From positions 19,360,432-19,424,105 of the forward strand of contig NC_057749.1 in the NCBI RefSeq assembly GCF_004010195.1: a DNA stretch of 63,674 bases. Direction: 5' to 3'. Position numbers and translations under genes: made by a program. The stretch is from Chiloscyllium plagiosum. Taxonomy: Eukaryota. The notes beneath the pieces were generated by a model, which saw only the letters and a list, made by a program, of their open reading frames with translations, was not told where the DNA came from and ran no database searches. This document shows positions 25,861 through 38,261 of the stretch, one piece after another (the stretch's first letter is position 1; the number at the start of each line of letters is the position of its first letter).

Positions 25861-26066
25861 AGCTGAAAATGTGTTGCTGGAAAAGCGCAGCAGGTCAGGC
25901 AGCATCGAAGGAGCAGGAGAATTGACGTTTCGGGCATGAGCCCTTCTTCAGGAAATTGCCCGAAACGTCGATTCTCCTGCTCCTTGGATGCTGCCTGATC
26001 TGCTGCGCTTTTCCAGCAACACATTTTCAGCTCTGATCTCCAGCATCTGTAGTCCTCATTTTTCCC
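25861..26066. mobile_element. Palindromic Penelope-derived family A element in the L1 3' UTR
   Basis: About 76-bp inverted arms (25861-25936 and 25957-26032); minus-strand core CTGAAGAAGGGCTCATGCCCGAAACGTC. Confidence 0.88.
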
Positions 26067-29000
26067 TACAAATAAAAAAAACCCAAGTATAAACATTGAT
26101 ATACAATTAAATCTTAAATAAATAATAACCAAAATCTATCAGACAGAAAAGAAGAGATACCGAGAAAAAAATGACAAAACTCAATTAACAACTAATCTAA
26201 CCTACAACTAACCAGAGTGTATGATTAAATCTCTTACATTATTCAAGAAAAGAAAAAAAACCAAGGGATAACACAGAAATTGAGTAGTAAAGTACATGCT
26301 CGGAATGTGTTAACATTAGATCGTAACAAAACCTGTATTCGTGCGGGATTCCTCTCCCAAGGGGCCCCGGACCAGCCAGGTTCGCCATCTCAATTAAATA
26401 AAAGCCCTTGTTAGAATGGTTGAAATATCTGTATTTATGTAATTCAAGAAGGGTTGCCATATTTTATGGAATAATTCAGTTTTTTGGTGCACCATGTTTG
26501 TAAGGAAGTCAAGGGGAATACATTCCATGATTAATCTGTGCCAATTCGAAAGTCCAGGAGGGCCCTCAGCCACCCAGTTTACCAAAATATTTTTCCTTGC
26601 ACAGAAAGAGCGAATGGAAAATAATCTCTTCCTGTGCACATCCAGGGAGGGTGAGTTCAAAAAGCCCAAAAGGAGAGATACAGGGTCCACTCTAATTTCC
26701 GTTCCCAAGATTTCTGTCAGAGCATTTGCTACTTTAGTCCAATATCTACAGATCTTATGACAGGTCCATAGCAATGTGCAAGAGTGCTCACCTCTATTTT
26801 ACATTTGGGACACATTGGAGATGCTCCTGCCTTAAATTTTGCCAATCGGTCCGGTGCTATATGGGCCCTATGAAGTATCTTCAATTGAATGGCCTGAGTT
26901 CTGTTGCAGATGGAGATTTTTCTGGCATTTTCCCAAATGTCATTCCACTTTCTATAGAGATTTCCAGTCCCAAACCTGATCCCATGTTTTAAGCAGATTG
27001 TCCATATCTTCTGTTGTCCATATCTTCTGATACTTCATCATGTAATAAATGATAAAGAGTGCTGACCGAAGGTACCCCTATTGGCCATAACACTCTACGT
27101 TCTCTGTCTGATTTATAAAGACTACCTAATAGCGTCGTCTTCTTCTGTATGTAATCTCGAATTTGGAAGTATCAAAAGAGATCTCCATTAGGTAATCCAA
27201 ATTTCTGATGCAGATGTTCAAAAGACATCAGGACCACTTCCTTAAACAGATCTCCTAAACAGAAGATACCCCTGGATCTCCAGAGTTTGAAAGTGGCATC
27301 TGTAAGCCCCCACTATCGGAGTATAAGGGGATGTTTTATGTGAATTGCCTTCATTTTGCCGCATTATATTCCAAGCTTTAATTGTGTTTAGTATTATAGG
27401 GTTTTTACATTGATCCGTGATGATTTTCCTTTTGTCTGAAAATAAGAGGTTAATAAGTGGGCATTTTACTTGAGAAGCCTTGATGTCCAGCCAGATTGAT
27501 TGCGGGTCAGACAAGACCCAATCGGCTATGTAACTTAATAGGGAACTTAACTGATATTTCCTAAAATCTGGGAAATCCAGACCTCCCCTTGCCTGTGGAA
27601 GCTGTAGCTTCTTCAGCTTAATGAGGGGCCGTGTACAATTCCAGATGAAGGAACCCAGCTAGCCACACAATTTACGTAGTGCCAGTCTCTGCATCATCAC
27701 CGGAAGCATTCTCATAGGGTATAGGAGACGGGGCAGGACATTTCATTTTAATTAGTGCTATTCTACCTGACCAGGAAATTGGAAGGCCTCCCCATTGCTG
27801 GAGGTCCTGCCTTATCCTCTCTACTAAATGCACAAAGTTAGCCTTGTATAACTGGCCAAATACTGGGGTGATAAAAATGCCTAAATATAAGAAACCCTCC
27901 AGGGACCACCGAAAGGGAAAGTGGGATCCGTCCGATAGGTGGGATATACCAGCCCATTGGCATAGCCTCTGATTTTGAAAAATTAATTTTATAGCCTGAA
28001 AATGCACTAAATGTATTAATCACTTGGATTAAGCGAGGCACGGACATCAGGGGATTACTGAGGAATAGGAGAACATCATCTGCATTAAGGCTAATTTTAT
28101 GTTTACCTATACCAATCCTCGGGGCCGTTATATTAGGATCAGTCCGTATAGCTTCTGCTAGTGGCTCGATTATTAGCGTAAATAGCAATGGTGAGAGAGG
28201 ACATCCCTGACGGCAGCCCCTACCCACACTGAAGCTATCCGAGCCTAATCATTGGTAATCATAATTGCTTTGGGATCATTATATAGTGTTGAGACCCATT
28301 TGGCAAACACTTTTTCAACGCCAAACCTTTCCAATGTGTAAAACAGATATGAACATTCAACCCTGTCGAATGCCTTTTCTGAGACTATTACTCCTGGTAT
28401 CTTTCCCTGATGGCAGGCTTGAATCACATTCAAAACCCTTCTAACATTATTGGATGATCTACGGCCCTTAATAAACCCTGTCTGATCCTCCTTTATGATG
28501 TATGGCAATACCCTTTCTAGCCTCAATGCTAACGTTTTAGAAAGAATTTTAAAATCTACATTTAACAAGGATATTGGTCTGTATGACGCGCAATCTTCTG
28601 GGTCCTTTCCATTTTTGAGAATGAGAGAGATATTTGCCTCTTTCAGCGAAGACGGGAGACAGCCCTGACTGTATGAGTAGTTATACATGTCCATAAGTGG
28701 ACCAGCCAATATTCCTGTAAATTCTTTATAGAATTCAGCTTGAAAGCCATCTGGGCCAGGGGCCTTACTGCTCTGAAGTTGCCTGATTTTTCAAGTATTT
28801 CTTGGCTTGTTAGGGGAGCATTCAGGACCGATACCTGTTCTTAGGTCCGGAAAGGTCAGATTTTTAAAAAATGACTGCATCCTCCTAGTTCTGTCTTCGC
28901 AATCCTGCGATTTATATAAATCAGAATAAAATTTTCTAAAGATTGCATTAATCCTTTTATGATCATGAGTCAGAGTACCCGTACTTTCCTTGATAGACGT

Positions 29001-29363
29001 GATAGTTTGAGGGGCCTTTTTTCCTTTGTGAGAAATGCTAAGTATCTACCAGGTTTATCGCCAAATTCATACAACCTTTGTTTTGCAAATAATATTTCCC
29101 TCTTAGCCGTGTGTAAGCATGGTGTTCAGAGCTGTCCTAAGGCCCGTAATCCTTTGTAATTTAATAATAGAAGGCCTGTCAGTGTATGCTGTTTCAGCCG
29201 CCGTTAAGCGAGGTTCGAGCAGACGCTGTTGTTCTCCCTTTAATTTTTTCTGGGTCGCTGACTATGAAATGATCAAACCTCGTGCGTAAGCTTTGATGGT
29301 CTCCCACATCATTGATGGTTGCTAGCCGTACCTGAATTAATTTCTAAAAAAAGTTTTAAATTA

Positions 29364-29465
29364 TTATGCCTAAAACGTCGATTCTCCTGCTCATTGGATG
29401 CTCCACTATTCCAGCAACACATTTTCAGCTCTGATCTCCAGCATCTGCAGTCCTCACTTTCTCCC
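29364..29465 (+). mobile_element. Penelope-derived family A fragment at the L1 deletion junction
   Basis: aaacgtcgattctcctgctc...gcatctgcagtcctcactttctcc terminus. Confidence 0.8.
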
Positions 29466-29981
29466 TGTTTAAATTTAGTACAGAGCAATTAATTACATTC
29501 AGTAAAAACAATTTTAAATGATTTGGTAAGTATGGTGAAGGCGGGTGGACCATTTTGCCCAAGTCTTGGGAGGAACACTATAGACTCAGACTTGCTGCGT
29601 CGCCGCCAACTTGGATCTCCAAAGTATGATTTTTAACTTTGTCCACCCCAGTCCAACACTGGCACCTCTGCATCAGAGAGAATGTGGGCACGTCTGTGTT
29701 TTGTATCATTGATTGTTATGCTAAGCAGTTGAATGGCATCAGGAGCCACCACTACAGCACTAGACAACATTGTCTATAAATAAGTAAAAAGAATTGAAAT
29801 AGGCCATTGTTAACCTAATCCATGATTAAGATAGATATTCAAAATTCTTTCACACTGTGATTCACACAATAAGTTTCTTCTGAAGTACTGCTCGAGGATT
29901 CAACAAGGTGAAGCATTATATAAAAGCAAATATTATGTGTCCTGTGTGGGGGTGGTGGGTAAATTCTCATTATCGGTGTGA

Positions 29982-30425
29982 GGTGATACTCTTTATCTGC
30001 CCTGTGCCTGTACAGGCTAATGGCATCTGCTCTGAATCTGTTTGGAATGATGGTATCTGCTCTGAATCTGTTTGGAATGATGGTATCTGCTCTCTGTCTG
30101 TACAGCCTGATGGTATCCACTCTGTATCTGTATAGTATGATGGATCTGTTTTGTATCTATGCAGAGTGATGGAATCTGTTTCTGCATGAGATGATAGTAT
30201 TTTCTCTATTTATATGGGGTTCTAGTTCTCTGTATTTGTCTGGGGTGACAGTATCTGCTCTGTGTCTTTACTGGATAAAGGTATCTGATCTGTGACTGTA
30301 TGGGCTGATAGCATCTGCTCTGTTTCTGTATAGGGTGATGTTATCTTCTCTGTATAACATGGTAGATCTGCTCTAGCTGTACTGGATGATGGTATCTCCT
30401 CTGTAATTGTACAGTGATGGAATCA
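29982..30425. repeat. Minisatellite with a 30-bp unit (about GATGGTATCTGCTCTGTATCTGTACAGGCT), roughly 15 diverged copies
   Basis: Periodic recurrence of gatggtatctgctctg; two near-identical units at about 30020-30080. Confidence 0.88.
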
Positions 30426-30636
30426 GCATTGCATTTATAGAAGTTATTTTAGACATCTGATGTCAGCAGAGGTGTGGGAAAGTAGATAGATGGCTTCAGA
30501 TATCAAACCTAGATTCAGACACCACAAATGGTATGTTCAGTGTTTCAAATGTGTATGCTTCTGTAGTTAATTATTGAGAATGTCCGGTGACTTTCCAATC
30601 CACCAGCTGCCTTCATGCTTTTGTCTTTATTTACAG

Positions 30637-30716
30637 CTTGCGAGCTCCCAAGGCACCAGATGCCACGGCTGATATGGACCATCATCAGTTCACTTATGCC
30701 ATCATGCCTCATGCAG
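30637..30716 (+). CDS. MAN2C1: MAN2C1 exon: [26 protein letters not shown](G)
   Basis: tttacag acceptor and G|gtaaat donor; motif [20 protein letters not shown]. Confidence 0.96.
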
Positions 30717-31415
30717 GTAAATAAGTTGATGTGATCTCAGCTCTTTCACCGGTGAATATACAGATATTATTACAGTATTTGCTGCCTGTATCTCCATTTT
30801 CACAGTAGAGCAGTGAGTTGCACAGTGCCAAGCAAAAATGTTGTTTGTACTTGGGATATTGTCTCAGCTCTCAGAAACATCAAAATAATTCATGACAAAT
30901 GATGAATTATTGTGAATTGTAATGAATGTAACAGTCTAATATTTTCTCTGACAAGGCCACCTTTGGCAATACAATATTGAAGGGCCATCCTAGACAATTC
31001 TGTAATGGGACTTGATCCCACAACTTCTACATTTGGAAGGTTGGAGCTGATGAAGCAGGCAACAGAGGCTCTGCATGTTTGCCTTCCATCTTTCACACTA
31101 TAAATCTGAGCTCAATCCTTAACTCTGCTGCTCGCATGCTTTGCCTTGGTCTTCCGTGATTATTTTAACTCCTGGCTAAGCAGAACCTCACTTTAAAAAT
31201 TCTCATGCTTGTTTTCAAATCCTTCCATTGCCGTACCCCAACTTATTTGTGTAATAATCTCCTGTGTTGCAACTCATCATCTATGACAGCACCTTCCAAA
31301 CCCATAAGCACTTCCCTCTAAAAGGACAGAACAGCATATGTATGGAGACACCAACACCTGCAAGTTTCTGTCAGAGTCACATATCATCCTGATATCGAAA
31401 TATATCACTTTACCT

Positions 31416-34047
31416 TGTTATGAAGGTGTAGAAGTATCCTGTACCTTTTAAGAGAGTTAAAAAGCTAGCAGAACTACCTGGCAGCACCAAGTGTTCTGAG
31501 CAAGATAGAATGTAATCTTTTGGTTCAGCAGTTATAGTAGCTGGTTGCTTGGAGACAAAAACGAATTTGAATGTGGCGAATCGTTTAAATTATACTCCAC
31601 TCCAATCCAGTTTGAATTTAGTATATTGATGATATTAAAAGCCAATGACACAATCCGATGCTTTGAGGTTTAAGACCGGGAGAAGTTGAATAGTTGAGAG
31701 AGAACTGCCAAGCCACCAACATATGCAGACTGCCCGCAGAATAGCTCTCTTAAAGGTACCTTTATCGATCAGTGACCTGTGAAACAGAAATTCCTAAGAA
31801 GAAAAGAAGACCGAGAAAGATATAAAGAGAAGATTTGTCAGCAGGCTGGTTTTGAAATTTGAATATTTGATAAATCTTAATCAGGGGTTTTATCAGTCTA
31901 GTATTGTGGAAGGGGAAGGTAAAAAATAGGTTAGAGAAAGGAGTCGTAAATAGTTGTTAGGGAGGGAGATTATTCTCTGTTATACTTTAAGAAATAAAGT
32001 TGTTAATTTTTACTTTAAATAGTGACACAGAACATAGAACAGTACAGCACAGAATAGGCCCTTCAGCCCACGATGTTGTGCCGACCACTGATCCTCATGT
32101 ATGCACCCTCGAATTTCTGTGACCATATGTATGTCGAGGAGTCTCTTAAATGTCCCCAATGACCTTGCTTGCACAACTGCTGCTGGCAACGCATTCCATG
32201 CTCTCTCAACACTCTGTGTAAAGAACCCGCCTCTGACATCCCCTCTATACTTTCCTCCAACCAGCTTAAAACTATGACCCCTCGTGTTAGTTATTTCTGC
32301 CCTGGGAAATAGTCTCTGGCTATCGACTCTATCTATGCCTCTCATTACCTTGTATACCTCAATTAGGTCCCCTCTTCTCCTCCTTTTCTCCAATGAAAAA
32401 AGTCCGAGCTCAGTCAACCTCTCTTCATAAGATAANNNNNNNNNNNNNNNNNNNNNNNNNNNNNNNNNNNNNNNNNNNNNNNNNNNNNNNNNNNNNNNNN
32501 NNNNNNNNNNNNNNNNNNNNNNNNNNNNNNNNNNNNNNNNNNNNNNNNNNNNNNNNNNNNNNNNNNNNNNNNNNNNNNNNNNNNNNNNNNNNNNNNNNNN
32601 NNNNNNNNNNNNNNNNNNNNNNNNNNNNNNNNNNNNNNNNNNNNNNNNNNNNNNNNNNNNNNNNNNNNNNNNNNNNNNNNNNNNNNNNNNNNNNNNNNNN
32701 NNNNNNNNNNNNNNNNNNNNNNNNNNNNNNNNNNNNNNNNNNNNNNNNNNNNNNNNNNNNNNNNNNNNNNNNNNNNNNNNNNNNNNNNNNNNNNNNNNNN
32801 NNNNNNNNNNNNNNNNNNNNNNNNNNNNNNNNNNNNNNNNNNNNNNNNNNNNNNNNNNNNNNNNNNNNNNNNNNNNNNNNNNNNNNNNNNNNNNNNNNNN
32901 NNNNNNNNNNNNNNNNNNNNNNNNNNNNNNNNNNNNNNNNNNNNNNNNNNNNNNNNNNNNNNNNNNNNNNNNNNNNNNNNNNNNNNNNNNNNNNNNNNNN
33001 NNNNNNNNNNNNNNNNNNNNNNNNNNNNNNNNNNNNNNNNNNNNNNNNNNNNNNNNNNNNNNNNNNNNNNNNNNNNNNNNNNNNNNNNNNNNNNNNNNNN
33101 NNNNNNNNNNNNNNNNNNNNNNNNNNNNNNNNNNNNNNNNNNNNNNNNNNNNNNNNNNNNNNNNNNNNNNNNNNNNNNNNNNNNNNNNNNNNNNNNNNNN
33201 NNNNNNNNNNNNNNNNNNNNNNNNNNNNNNNNNNNNNNNNNNNNNNNNNNNNNNNNNNNNNNNNNNNNNNNNNNNNNNNNNNNNNNNNNNNNNNNNNNNN
33301 NNNNNNNNNNNNNNNNNNNNNNNNNNNNNNNNNNNNNNNNNNNNNNNNNNNNNNNCCATTTTTGTGCTCCTTCCTCGCCTGCCTGTAATCCTCTAGAGCT
33401 GAGCTTGACCCTAGCTTCCTCCACCTTATGTAAGCTACCTTTTTGCTTTTGAGGAGAAGCTCCACCGCTCTCGTCATCCAAGGTTCCTTTATCTTACCAC
33501 TTCTTGCCTGTCTCAGAGGGACATATTTATTCATCACTCGCAACAACTGTTCCTTAAACAGTCTCCACATGTCTATCGTGCCCTTTCCATGGAACAATTG
33601 CTCCCAATCCATGCTTCCTAACTCATGTCTAATCGCATCATAGTTTCCTCTTCCCCAGTTAAATATCCTCCCATTTTGCCTAATCTTCTCCTTCTCCATA
33701 GCTATGTAGAATGTGAGGCAGTTGTGGTCACTATCACCAAAATGCTCTCCCACCACAAGATCTGATACCTGCCCCGGCTCATTGCCGAGCACCGTCTAGA
33801 ATGGCCTCTCCCCTCGTCGGCCTGTCAACGTACTGAGTTAGGAACCCTCCTGAACACACCTTAGAAAAACAGCTCCATTCAAATCTTCTGCTCGAAGGAG
33901 GTTCCAATCAATATTTGGAAAGTTAAAGTCCCCCATTACAACAACCCTACTACGTCCACACTTTTCCACACTTATCCCACACATTTGGGATAGTTCTTGG
34001 CCTCTCAAATTTTCACAGATTCCAGTGATGCTCCCTGTGTCATAACA
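31416..34047 (+). mobile_element. Solo LTR (about 670 bp) interrupted by a CR1 insertion
   Basis: Inverted termini TGTTATGA...TCATAACA; flanks ACCT/AGCT (4-bp TSD with one mismatch); internal AATAAA at 31993-31998; splits an older LINE 3' fragment (about 31280-31415 and 34048-34210). Confidence 0.7.
32024..33989 (-). mobile_element. 5'-truncated CR1 LINE spanning the N gap 32436-33355
   Basis: GDFNFP, LGNEPGQV..GEHFGDSDHN, EPWMT, LSYEERL..LGLFSLEKRR; ATAGT duplicated at both ends. Confidence 0.9.
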
Positions 34048-34211
34048 AGCTTCACCGCTTAAATCTCCCCACTGTGGGCATACCTACACCCCAAGGATTG
34101 TAATGATTCAAGATGGTAGCTCACCCGCATATTCTCCAGGGTAATTAGTGATGGGCAGTAAATGTTGGCCCAGCGACACCCACACCCCCGAATGAATTAA
34201 AACAAAAACAT

Positions 34212-34453
34212 AAAAACCCAAAGAACTGTGGATACTGAAAATCTGAAACTAACACAGAAATTGCTGGAAAAACTCAGAGGAGATGGCAGCATCTGTGGAA
34301 GGAAAGCAGAATTAACATTTTGGGTACAGTGACCCTTCTTCAGTTCTTCACTTCAGAGTTCTGAAGAAATGTCTTTGGACGTGAAAGATTAACTCTGCTT
34401 TCTGTTTACAGATGCTCCCAGGTTTGCTGACTTTTTCCAGCAATTTCTGTTTT
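34212..34453. mobile_element. Older palindromic Penelope-derived element (family C) with hammerhead-like cores
   Basis: Inverted arms acagaaattgctggaaaaa... / ...tttttccagcaatttctgt; CTGAAGA cores on both strands; related partial copies at about 7826, 36520, 53890 and 55820. Confidence 0.7.
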
Positions 34454-34619
34454 TGAGTTCTTCCAATTCTGGACACTTGTATTTCCCAGTTTTTATTCAC
34501 TGCATGATTGGCTGCCATGCCTTCAGCCATCTAGGTTATAAGTCCTGACTGTCTTCCCTCCATACTTCAGCCTCTTTTTCCTTCTATGACATGCTCTTTA
34601 TGTAGCTCAGTGTCACACT

Positions 34620-36200
34620 GTAACTGTGACAGACATTTACTCTTGTAACTTTAATCTTGTCCTTCCTGACTTGTCTGCAGCCTTTAACACATTTTCCTCC
34701 TCCAGTGCCTGTCCACTGTCTTCTACCTAAGTGTGACTGCTCTCATATGGTTCCATTCTTACCTACCTAACCATAGACAGGTAGTCACCAGCAATGGCTT
34801 CTACTGGTGACCCTGAGGATTAGTCTCTGCTTCATCTCCATACTGCCTGTTGTGACATCACCTGAAAGCACAAAACTGGTCTTCATGTATCTGCTGATGA
34901 TCCCCAGCTCTACCTTACTGCCATCTCTCTCAAGTCCTCCACTGTTGCTAAGTTATCGGATTGCTTACCCAGTGTTCAGTACAGGATGAACAGAAATTGC
35001 TTCCACTTGAATATTGAGCAAAAAACATTGAGAAGGCAAATAAAAGTGAGTGAGCAGAAACCTTGGCAAATGGGGGAAAATGTAAGATTATGCATTTTGT
35101 GCCAATGGAGAAAGATACAGCAGAGAGGGATTTAGATGTCCTTGTGCATGAAACACAAACTCAGCATCCGAGTTCGGTAGGCAACAGGAGGCAAATGGAC
35201 TGTTGGTCTTTATTAGTGATTATTCATTGGAATTCAGAAGAATGAGAGAAGACCATATTGAAACATGAAGGTTCTTGGGGATTTGATGTGGTAGATTTGG
35301 ACAGGTGGTTTCCCCTTGTGGAAGAGTCTAGCACCAGAGGCTATATTCACAGAGTAAGAGATCACCTTTAGGAAAGAGATGAAGAGGAATTTTTTCTCAG
35401 AAGGTAGTGAATCTGAGGGATTCTTTATGACAGAGTGCTGTTGAGTACATTCAAAGCTAAGATAGACAGGTTTGTAATCAGTAAGGGCAGCAAGGGTTAT
35501 AGGGAAAAGGCAGCAAAGTGGAGTTGAGGATTATTATCGTCCATGATCATATTGAATGATGGAGCAGACGCAATAGGCTGAATACCTCAGTCTTATGGCC
35601 TCATAACCTTGATGTCATATTGACCTTGTAAAGAGTTTCCAATCACAAGTGTGTGCCCTAACTGAGATCACCTATTTCCAGTTTTGTAACATTGCTCTTC
35701 TCGGCTCAAACCTGCTGAAACCCATCATTTATGTCTTTGTTACCCTTAGATGTGACTATTCCAATGTTAGTTGGTCTTCCATATTCTACTGTCTGTAACC
35801 TAGGACATCCAAAATCCTGTTGCCCATTTCCTAAATTGCGGCAAGTCTTAGCACCACTGACCTACATCGGCTTCCAGTCAAGCTTGTTTTTAAAATTCTC
35901 ATTGTTGTTTTTAAAGCCCTTCATGATCTCCCCCTTCCTGTGTATGCAATTTCCTCCAACCCCATAACCCTCAAACTCTCTGCTTGATTCTAATTCTGGA
36001 AGATCGCTGATTTTAATTGCTGCATCATTGGCAGACATAGTTCCCGTTGCCTAAGTCCCTGCACTCTGAAATTCTCTCTCTCACTTTCCTCGTTTAAACA
36101 GTCTGTAAAACCTTCCTGTTTGACCAAGCCTTTCATCATCTAATCTGTCATCTACTTGTATGGTCCAGTGTTATACTGTTTTGTGAAGCTCTTGTAAACT
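34620..36200 (+). mobile_element. Degenerate L2-like LINE remnants interrupted by an old CR1 3' fragment (about 35030-35600)
   Basis: Decayed DLSAAF and YADD.QL-like sequence (ctgctgatgatccccagctc) plus an L2-type 3' region. Confidence 0.5.
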
Positions 36201-36941
36201 GCCTTAGGGTGTTTTACTACCTCCAAATCCGAAAAGATCACGTCAAATTGTTATTACAATTTCTGACAGTCTTTTAAATATACATGCAAAGTGACATCTC
36301 CATTAAATTTCACACTTTCACATACTCAGTTTGCTCTTCTGTTGAGTTTACCTTTTGGGTTGTATATATAGTTAGACTGGAGGGATGATATTGGCTTGGA
36401 ATAGTTTGTTATCACTCATGTTATAAATACAGTTGTTGGATTTTCTGTCCATCCCAACTCATTGTACACCCGTCCTGATACAGGCAGACTGGAGAAATGG
36501 GTAAGTAAAAGCAAACTACCATGGGTTTGGGAGATCGGAAATAAAAACAGTAAGTGCTGGAGAAACTCAGCAGGGCTGGTCACATCTATGAAGAGAGAAA
36601 CATTTTGACGCTGGTATGTAGGGTAATCACACTTTGGCAGTGCAGACACATATCATGTAACAGCACCTAAAACATTGTCCATGTAAGCAGCCTGTAAGAT
36701 ATACCAAGCTGTAGCTGATGGGTGGTAGACTGTACACTGGTCTGTACCTGGGAGTATGTGAATCTGCCTGCTGATACCTAATGAAACTTAGTTGCCCCTG
36801 TAGTAGTGCAAACTACATTCTGGGGAACTGGATCTCTTGTGGCATATGTGTTTACCAGATCTTGTGTGGATGTAGGGCAAGAAGGGCTAGGGTACTGGCA
36901 CAGGGATGAGCTTGTGATATTGTGTCACAGTATATGAAACT

Positions 36942-37149
36942 AGGAGAAAGCGAGGACTGCAGGTGCTGGAGCCCAGTGTCGAGAGTGTGATGCTGGAAAA
37001 GCACAGCTGGTCATGCAGCATCCGAGGAGCAGGAGAGTCGACGTTTCAGGCATAAACCATTTCCTAATGAAGGGTTTATGCCCAAACGTCGGTTCTCTGC
37101 TCCTTGGATGCTGCCTGGCCTGCTGTGCTTTTCCAGCATCACACTCTTG
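36942..37149. mobile_element. Palindromic Penelope-derived family A element
   Basis: Perfect 15-bp TSD ACAGTATATGAAACT at 36927-36941 and 37150-37164; inverted arms of about 80 bp. Confidence 0.9.
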
Positions 37150-37336
37150 ACAGTATATGAAACTGCAGAACATTTGTGCTTTTGTCAAAATCTGTGACTC
37201 TTTGCAAACATCAGTCCTGTACTGACCAGGAGTTAATTATTTCTGACCTTGCATGACTGATTTGAGTTTTGGGGTGCCTGATAGTGATTTTGACCTGGCT
37301 GAGAACATGGTGGTGTCTGTTTGCTTTCCCCAACAG

Positions 37337-37488
37337 GTTCTTTCCAAGAGGCCAATGTGATTCAGTTTGCTTACAACATTAACTACCCATTACATATTGT
37401 GCCTGCTGAACCCAGTGTCAGTGCTTCCAGTTTCTGGAGTGCTTTCTCGATCCAGTCTCCTGCTGTTGTTCTGGAAACTATTAAACAG
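37337..37488 (+). CDS. MAN2C1: MAN2C1 exon: (G)[50 protein letters not shown]
   Basis: cccaacag acceptor and CAG|gtaaat donor; motifs GSFQ.A.VIQ.AY and [14 protein letters not shown]. Confidence 0.95.
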
Positions 37489-37866
37489 GTAAATATTGGA
37501 AAAGGACTAGCTGATCATGTTTTAAAAAAATAATTCATTAATGACATTGTAGTGTACAATTTACTGTAAAATAATCTTCAAATGTGGCATCGATTCAAAA
37601 CCAAAGTGTTTGTGTTTACTCCATCACCCTAACAGCTTCTTTCAGCTTGTTTAGTGATTGTGGTTTGAGCAATAAACTTCACGAATTTTGTCAGTGTTAC
37701 TATGTGGTGGTAACACACTTTGGGGGCTTAAATAGATTTTTTTAACCTGGTAAGTGAGAAGATCTGTCGGTGAAATACAGTGGGCACACCCACACAATGG
37801 ATGCTTTAACCCAGTGAGGGAAATGAATAGTTTGTACACTGAACCATGGATGTTTCTCCCCACTAG

Positions 37867-37970
37867 GCAGAAGACCGACAGAATGCTTTGGTAGCTCGGT
37901 TGTATGAGTCACATGGTAGCACCGTGGTCACATGGTTGCATACTTCACTGCCTGTTAAACAAGCAATCTG
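37867..37970 (+). CDS. MAN2C1: MAN2C1 penultimate exon: AEDRQNALVARLYESHGSTVVTWLHTSLPVKQAI(W)
   Basis: ctccccactag acceptor and TG|gtaagt donor; motif RLYE.HGS. Confidence 0.94.
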
Positions 37971-38053
37971 GTAAGTGGCTCTCCCAGTGCTCATGAGTCT
38001 AGTGTGTGAATGTTGTACTTTGAAGATTTTGGTGCAGACACCCATTAGAAATA

Positions 38054-38261
38054 CAGGTAGTTATTCTATAACGCAATGGTTACATTCTTGTGCAACACCA
38101 TATGATAGAAAAATCGCACTTAGAAACAGCACTTAAAGTATTGGCAATGTAATCGTGTTATAGCCAACACACATTTTAAAAGATCGCTATTTAGAAACAG
38201 TGTCCCCAATTTGTCACTCATGTTACAGTGAATTCATGTTAACGATGGACGTGTTACAGCA
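38054..38261. mobile_element. Probable Tigger/pogo-like MITE with its right end cut by a LINE
   Basis: TA followed by CAGGTAGTTATTCTATAACGC; partial reverse complement cgtgttacagca just before the LINE tail; internal subterminal repeats. Confidence 0.45.

Larger units (their letters stand above)
25800..29620 (-). mobile_element. L1-clade LINE with internal deletion (5' end joined to mid-ORF2), disrupted
   Basis: SYRPISLLNVDFKILSK, KAFDRV, GCRQGCPLSPLLF, ADD and C-terminal CPKCK; AATAAA and A-rich tail; 5' ggagatccaagttggcgg; 14-bp TSD AAAGTATGATTTTT at 25786-25799 and 29621-29634. Confidence 0.9.

Noticed and set aside
29839..30135. ORFs with repeated peptides, or a possible CRISPR-like array
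   Set aside because: A head-to-tail minisatellite without unique spacers in a vertebrate intron.
32010..33792. Long ORFs of 331-455 aa in the track
   Set aside because: They are artefacts of translating through the N gap 32436-33355; the flanks are CR1 ORF2.
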